From Arcobacteraceae bacterium (GTDB taxonomy: Bacteria > Campylobacterota > Campylobacteria > Campylobacterales > Arcobacteraceae): 64,000 nucleotides of DNA. A program made the translations under genes and the position numbers. The notes beneath the pieces were generated by a model that had not been told where the DNA came from, searched no databases, and saw only the letters and a list, made by a program, of their open reading frames with translations. Shown here one piece after another: positions 58,659-64,000 of this stretch. The DNA is taken from NCBI GenBank assembly GCA_048268245.1, contig JBLWVX010000007.1, forward strand, positions 1 through 64,000, in the 5' to 3' direction. How positions within the stretch are numbered: position 1 is the first letter of the stretch; each line of letters opens with the position of its first letter.

Positions 58659-60890
58659 TTATCTTTTTAAGTTGATTAATGTATTTAATAACTGATCTGA
58701 AGTTGTGATTGATTTAGCATTTGCTTCAAAGGCTCTTTGGAAAACCATAAGATTTACTAAACTCTCACTTAAATCAGCTGTACTAAGCTCAAGTGTTTTA
58801 CCTTCAACCTTAGCAGTTTTGTCATTATTTAAGTTATAAATGGGCTCACCTGATTCATTTGTTTTAGCAAGTAAGTTATCCCCTGATGGATTTAATCCTC
58901 TGTTATTATTAAATAAAGCAATTGCTACTTGACCAATAGCAAAATCAGCACCATCTTGTTTCATCATAATAAGACCAGTGCTGTCAACAGAAAACTCACC
59001 AAAGGCCGAATCTGATATACCTAAAGTATCAAGTCTTAATTGTAATGACCCTTTTGTTGCAGTTTGATCAACTTTATTTATAAGTTCAATAAACTCTGCC
59101 CCAGCACCTTGTCTTCCACTGTAATCATTATTTTTATCAAGTGGAGTATAAACAGCTGTTAAGTTGGCACCAGCTGTATCTGTAGTGTGATCATCAGCAA
59201 TTTTCATAGAACCTGTAAACTCTACATCATAATTTTCATTTAACGTTTCAATTACTAAATGTCCATTTACATTTTTTGCAACTATATGATCAGGTAAGTT
59301 ATTTGTTACTGTTGATGTAGTACCATCCTCTGACGAATAAGTAATTCTTGAACTATCATTAATAGCTGCAACAATATCATCTATTGATGTAACACCATCT
59401 AAGTGAATATTTAAAGCATTTGGAGGAGTTGCACCATCATTTGGAATTGGTACACTTTGACCTAACTCTTTATCATAAATTGTAATACCATATATAAAGT
59501 CCTTTGTAACACTTCCATCTTTTGCCAATGATAAATCAGTAGTAGTATAAACATCTCTTTGCTTACCAGTAATAAGTTTAGATAAAGCATCTTTTGATGA
59601 CTCTAATGCTCCTATCCCTTCACCTTTTTTAGCCTCTATTGTTGTTAAATAGTTACCTTGTACTGTTGTATTCCCTGAACTCTCACCTACTTCTGATATT
59701 GTAAACTCTTGTCCTGGTATAAGTGATTTAATCTGTATTATACCTTTTGACATTTGGTATAAGTCATGAGAATTTGGAGTTAATGTATCATCTAATTCTA
59801 ATACATCATTATTTGTTCCACCACCTTCATCTGACATATATGCTACTAACCCTGGAACTTCATCTGATATCTTATTTGCTAGACCTTTATATGTCTCTAT
59901 TCTACTTGCTATCATATTTAAAGTATCTCTTTGATTACTTGTTAAAGCATCAATCTCAGCATCTGTTGGAGGTGATGATAATGTTCCTGTTGCTGGTAAA
60001 CTATAATCTGCTAAGTAAGCATCACCAAATGGTGCATTTGCTGCTGCATCAACATAAAAGTCTTTTATCCATTGTTCTGTTGCTGTTGTTGATATATATG
60101 TTTGTGATTTTTTTACACCATCTATAAATACATATATCTCTTCACCCTCTTTACTTACTAGAGAATCGGCATCTGACGTTTTAAAGTTAATATGTGATAC
60201 TTGTGCTGTTGATGTTGCAGACGCTCCATCTGGCTCTTCTGATAATCTTTGTAACCATGTAGCATAATCTTTTATTGCTGCTTCTATATCTGATACTTTT
60301 GCTGATTTACTTTTATATCCTGCTCCATCAAATACTGTTTCTGAATCACCCTTTGCAGTTTGTGTATAATCAGTGGCTTTTGCTGTAATTGTCTCAACAT
60401 ATGTACTATGCTTTATTATTTTTGATGATAAAAGTTTTGTATAATCATTTGTGAACACATTTACATTTGGGTTTGTACTTGTTACATCTTTTATTGGATC
60501 TATTGAAGACATCATCCAACCTTGTACTTCATTTCCAGCAGAATCTTGCAAGGTTCCATTATCACCCATTCTAAAGTTTCCAGCTCTTGTATAGAAGTTT
60601 TCAGTTGTTCCTGTTGCTCTTGTATTTGCAACTGTAAAGAAACCCTCACCACTTAAGGCCATATCGTAATCAACACCTGTTAATTTTAGGTTACCTTGTG
60701 TGTATAGTTTCTCTGCATCTAATATTTTTGAACCTTTACCAATTCTATCTTGGTACATTTGGTCTGCAAATGATATTCTTGATGACTTAAATCCGATTGT
60801 ATTTACATTGGCAATGTTATTTGATTCATTGTCTAATGCTTGTTGTTGTGAAGATAGTCCAGATATCCCCGTCCATAGTGCGCCAATCAT
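58659..60890 (-). CDS. flgE: Flagellar hook protein FlgE (long, 743 aa)
   Basis: NNIANVNTIGFK, YTRAGNF, LELSTADLSESLVNLMVFQRAFEAN. Confidence 0.9.
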   Translation of the reverse strand: MIGALWTGISGLSSQQQALDNESNNIANVNTIGFKSSRISFADQMYQDRIGKGSKILDAEKLYTQGNLKLTGVDYDMALSGEGFFTVANTRATGTTENFYTRAGNFRMGDNGTLQDSAGNEVQGWMMSSIDPIKDVTSTNPNVNVFTNDYTKLLSSKIIKHSTYVETITAKATDYTQTAKGDSETVFDGAGYKSKSAKVSDIEAAIKDYATWLQRLSEEPDGASATSTAQVSHINFKTSDADSLVSKEGEEIYVFIDGVKKSQTYISTTATEQWIKDFYVDAAANAPFGDAYLADYSLPATGTLSSPPTDAEIDALTSNQRDTLNMIASRIETYKGLANKISDEVPGLVAYMSDEGGGTNNDVLELDDTLTPNSHDLYQMSKGIIQIKSLIPGQEFTISEVGESSGNTTVQGNYLTTIEAKKGEGIGALESSKDALSKLITGKQRDVYTTTDLSLAKDGSVTKDFIYGITIYDKELGQSVPIPNDGATPPNALNIHLDGVTSIDDIVAAINDSSRITYSSEDGTTSTVTNNLPDHIVAKNVNGHLVIETLNENYDVEFTGSMKIADDHTTDTAGANLTAVYTPLDKNNDYSGRQGAGAEFIELINKVDQTATKGSLQLRLDTLGISDSAFGEFSVDSTGLIMMKQDGADFAIGQVAIALFNNNRGLNPSGDNLLAKTNESGEPIYNLNNDKTAKVEGKTLELSTADLSESLVNLMVFQRAFEANAKSITTSDQLLNTLINLKR

Positions 60891-60975
60891 GATTTATCCT
60901 TTTTATAAAAATGGTGAACAAAATGTTCACATATTAACACTTCAAAAAGTACTAATATGAAAACACAAATAGCTA

Positions 60976-62436
60976 TTATTTTCTAAGATTAATAGCTGTT
61001 TTTAATAACTCATCAGATGTAGTTATTGATTTAGAGTTCGCTTCAAAAGCTTTTTGATAAGTTAGTAAATTAGTCATAGTGTCAGCATTATTCGTATTAC
61101 TAACTTCCAATGAGTCTTTATGCAAAGTATTAATTTTTCCTGCATACTGTGGTTTTCCTGCTTCTAAACCGCTTTTATACAAGTTATTTCCTTGAGGTTC
61201 TAATCCTTGATCATTTCTAAAGAATGCAGTTTGGATCTTACCTACTACAAACTTATTATCTCCATCAGATAAATAAATAATACCCTCATCCATACTGATA
61301 GATCCAAACGTATATTCTGAAAGATTTAAATTAGCTAATTTCATTTGAATATCATTAACCTGTAAAGCTTCTTGATTTTGTAAATTGATTGTACTTGTTA
61401 TTTCAATAAACTCTGAACCAGCTGTTTCAACTGCAGCTTTTAGTGCATCTCTAGCACTTATTACCATTCCATAACCTGTACCTAAACTTTGATTTTGTAT
61501 TTGGTTAATAGAAGCTGCTTTATCATTTACAGCAACATCAACTATAGCTATTTCTTTAGCTGGTATCATAGATTCAACTGTTACTTTTCCAACTGTAGTA
61601 TCGACATAAGAGTTCATACCTTGTATATTAGCTATTTTATCTGCAAATAATCTCATCGTCGTATCAACATCAGTATCAAATTGTTGTCTTACTTCTCTAT
61701 TATTAATGTTAACTTTTATAAAATCATTTTCATCTTTTAACTCTGATAAATAACTGCTAAAATCTAAACTTGTAATTTGATTTTGTGAAAGTGTTGTTTC
61801 TTCAGTAGAAACTGATCTATATAAATCTAATTTATCTTTATAATCAGTAATTAAAGCTTCAATATCAACTACTTTTGAACTAGCTCTTTTAAAACCTTCT
61901 CCACTAATACCACTAGCTTGAGCAGTTTTTGAATAATCACCAATTCTTGCATTAATTGTTTGAATAAAGTTCTCATTACCTATTGATTCACTTGCAAGAA
62001 AATTTGAATGAATACCACTTAATTGTGTGTAATTTGGGTTAGTTGTAATAATTTGTGGTTCTTGAGGAGTTAAACCTTGAACTTTTAATCCATCTGGCGT
62101 TTGTAATAATCCATCTGCACCTAGCTTAAAGTTTCCAGCTCTAGTATAGTAAAGTTCATTATTTTGTGGATCATTTACCATAAAATAACCCTTACCCTCA
62201 ATACCTATATCTAAACTATGTCCTGTGGGTTTAATATCACCTTGTTGAAACCTCTTAAATACTTGCTCGACTTGGACACCATTACCTGTACCGTTTTTAT
62301 ACATTAAATCTTCAAATCTTACATCATTAGCTTTATATCCAACAGTATTAGTATTTGAAGAGTTATTTGATTCAGCTGTTAAAGCTTTTTCATATGTATT
62401 TAAACCAGAGTATCCGTTCCAAAGTCCACCAATCAT
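60976..62436 (-). CDS. flgE: Second FlgE-family hook protein (486 aa)
   Basis: NNSSNTNTVGYK, YYTRAGNF, LEVSN..YQKAFEAN; follows flgD. Confidence 0.85.
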   Translation of the reverse strand: MIGGLWNGYSGLNTYEKALTAESNNSSNTNTVGYKANDVRFEDLMYKNGTGNGVQVEQVFKRFQQGDIKPTGHSLDIGIEGKGYFMVNDPQNNELYYTRAGNFKLGADGLLQTPDGLKVQGLTPQEPQIITTNPNYTQLSGIHSNFLASESIGNENFIQTINARIGDYSKTAQASGISGEGFKRASSKVVDIEALITDYKDKLDLYRSVSTEETTLSQNQITSLDFSSYLSELKDENDFIKVNINNREVRQQFDTDVDTTMRLFADKIANIQGMNSYVDTTVGKVTVESMIPAKEIAIVDVAVNDKAASINQIQNQSLGTGYGMVISARDALKAAVETAGSEFIEITSTINLQNQEALQVNDIQMKLANLNLSEYTFGSISMDEGIIYLSDGDNKFVVGKIQTAFFRNDQGLEPQGNNLYKSGLEAGKPQYAGKINTLHKDSLEVSNTNNADTMTNLLTYQKAFEANSKSITTSDELLKTAINLRK

Positions 62437-62446
62437 AGTTCAGCCT

Positions 62447-63133
62447 TTAAAATATTTTTGTTAGACTAGAGAAAGGAATTGAAGTTAGCTGATCTGAATA
62501 TACAGGTGTTGTAGCCCCTGTTAACTCATACTTATGATCTGCTATTTCTTCATTATTTTCATCAAGAATAACTAATTTACCATCTCTAACTAAAGGAAGT
62601 CCTGGTTCTTGTAATACTATTTTATTACCTGTAACATTACCTTCACTATCTAAGATTTCACCTTTTACATTATAATTTACTAAAGTATCTGGTGTAGAAT
62701 CATCGTCATCAGTAAGTTTTACTCTATCTTCGTAATATAAAATTTCTTGTGCTTTTACTTGAACTTCACCATCAGTTGTTTCAACAGATCTAACAGTATA
62801 AGCTTTATTTACGCCATTTTCACTAATATTACCATCTTCAACATTTTTTCCTATAATATTTGCAGCATTTGATAATGCAGTTTGGGCATAAGAATTCTGC
62901 AATGAAGCCATAGCTTTTACCATTTCTTGATTTGTACTAATAGTTGACATTTGCATTTGAGAAGCCAACATTTGTTTTGAATCCATAGGTTTTGTAGGAT
63001 CTTGAAGTTTTAATTCTTGAATCATTAATCTTAAAAAATCATCATTAGTTAATTCATCATTACTAATAGAAGAAGTGTATGAACTTCCATCAATACCTGT
63101 GTTTGTATTTACTTGAACATTATCAACAGCCAT
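62447..63133 (-). CDS. flgD: Hook capping protein FlgD
   Basis: DDFLRLMIQELKLQDPTKPMD. Confidence 0.95.
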   Translation of the reverse strand: MAVDNVQVNTNTGIDGSSYTSSISNDELTNDDFLRLMIQELKLQDPTKPMDSKQMLASQMQMSTISTNQEMVKAMASLQNSYAQTALSNAANIIGKNVEDGNISENGVNKAYTVRSVETTDGEVQVKAQEILYYEDRVKLTDDDDSTPDTLVNYNVKGEILDSEGNVTGNKIVLQEPGLPLVRDGKLVILDENNEEIADHKYELTGATTPVYSDQLTSIPFSSLTKIF

Positions 63134-63143
63134 AATATAACTC

Positions 63144-63437
63144 CTATACTAAATTTTCATCAAAGAAATATCTAACAACATTGTCTGAATCCATTGCATC
63201 TTGAACTCTTACAGCTAATTTATCATCAATTACAATAATATCGCCTGTACCAATAATTCTTTGATTTACATATATATCTCCACCAGCACCTGCTGGCTTA
63301 TCCAATGAAATTATGTCTCCATCACCTAGTTTTAGAAACTCTGCAATTGTAATATCTGAGTTTCCTAGCATCACATCAACAGTAATTTCCGTATCAACTA
63401 ATATATCATAATCTCTTTCACTTATTTCCATAACCAA
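63144..63437 (-). CDS. fliN: Motor switch protein FliN
   Basis: SpoA domain: VDVMLG..GDIISLDK..GDIIVID. Confidence 0.85.
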   Translation of the reverse strand: MVMEISERDYDILVDTEITVDVMLGNSDITIAEFLKLGDGDIISLDKPAGAGGDIYVNQRIIGTGDIIVIDDKLAVRVQDAMDSDNVVRYFFDENLV

Positions 63438-63466
63438 ACTTTTATAAAAAATATTATTCTACATAC

Positions 63467-63475
63467 ATTATAACA
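63467..63475 (-). promoter_or_regulatory. Extended -10 sigma70 promoter (TGTTATAAT) upstream of fliN-flgD-flgE
   Basis: TGnTATAAT in the intergenic gap. Confidence 0.6.
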
Positions 63476-63512
63476 TAAACTTTTAAGAAATAAAATAGCA
63501 ACTTGTATTTAA

Positions 63513-64000
63513 CTAAATAACAGTATCTAAGGTTTCTAACATTGAAGCAACTTTTGCTTCAATATTTCCATCAAAGTTACCTAAATCACTTGCAATTACA
63601 ACTCCACCTGCAGCAACATTAGGATCTTCTCTTAATTCTATATAAGGCTCAAGTGCTAATTGGTCTTTTAAAAGTTGATAATCTTTAGGATTCAAATGAA
63701 TTTGAACTTTTGAAGCAGTTTTAATTTTATCTAGTAAATGAGAAATAGTTTGTTTAGCAATCTTTGCTGAATTCTCTCCAACTTCAATACTAATTATTTT
63801 TTGTGCAATTGAGATAGAAGTTTTTAAAAGTTTTGATTCCATTTGAAAAGTTGCTTGCTCAAAAAAAGCAGCATAATGTTTTAAATCTTTTATAGCTTGT
63901 ACTACTTGTGCATCAATATCTCTACCTTGAACCCCACCATTTTCAATACTATTAACTTTTTGTGAAATTTGACTAATTTGTGCTGCAAGATTCCTAACTT
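63513..64000 (-). CDS. fliH: Flagellar assembly protein FliH (5' end outside the window)
   Basis: Frame is open to the window edge; IHLNPKD, GGVVIASDLGNFDG. Confidence 0.88.
   Translation of the reverse strand, partial: VRNLAAQISQISQKVNSIENGGVQGRDIDAQVVQAIKDLKHYAAFFEQATFQMESKLLKTSISIAQKIISIEVGENSAKIAKQTISHLLDKIKTASKVQIHLNPKDYQLLKDQLALEPYIELREDPNVAAGGVVIASDLGNFDGNIEAKVASMLETLDTVI

Noticed and set aside
7438..60960. Numerous 60-156 aa antisense or out-of-frame ORFs (e.g. 7438, 9160, 15996, 35820, 59747)
   Set aside because: Shadow ORFs lying on well-supported genes, with F/S/L-rich antisense composition.

Overview
AT-rich window from a Campylobacterota genome, most consistent with Arcobacteraceae (inferred from gene content and order). 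From left to right: (1) a CRISPR array of 40 identical 30-bp repeats that runs off the left edge, followed by a complete type I-B cas operon on the minus strand (cas6-cas8b-cas7-cas5-cas3-cas4-cas1-cas2). (2) A divergent HTH-WYL regulator whose reading frame is broken inside a G9 homopolymer; the shared promoter region holds a perfect 14-bp palindrome and an uncalled 25-aa ORF. (3) aat, a lipoprotein cytochrome c, an orphan flagellin, clpA, clpS and bioD. (4) A four-gene operon (CitE-family lyase, acyl-CoA ligase::CitE fusion, mesaconyl-CoA hydratase-like protein, second CitE-family lyase), then a class I fumarase and an FAH-fold-like protein. (5) A chemoreceptor, flavin reductase, histidine kinase, MFS transporter, molybdo-enzyme and BatD. 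(6) About 26 kb of flagellar genes running off the right edge. The best candidates for new biology are the C5-dicarboxylate operon, which could form a citramalate-type acetate/glyoxylate pathway, and a possibly phase-variable WYL switch on CRISPR-Cas. All calls come from reading motifs by eye; no database searches were run.
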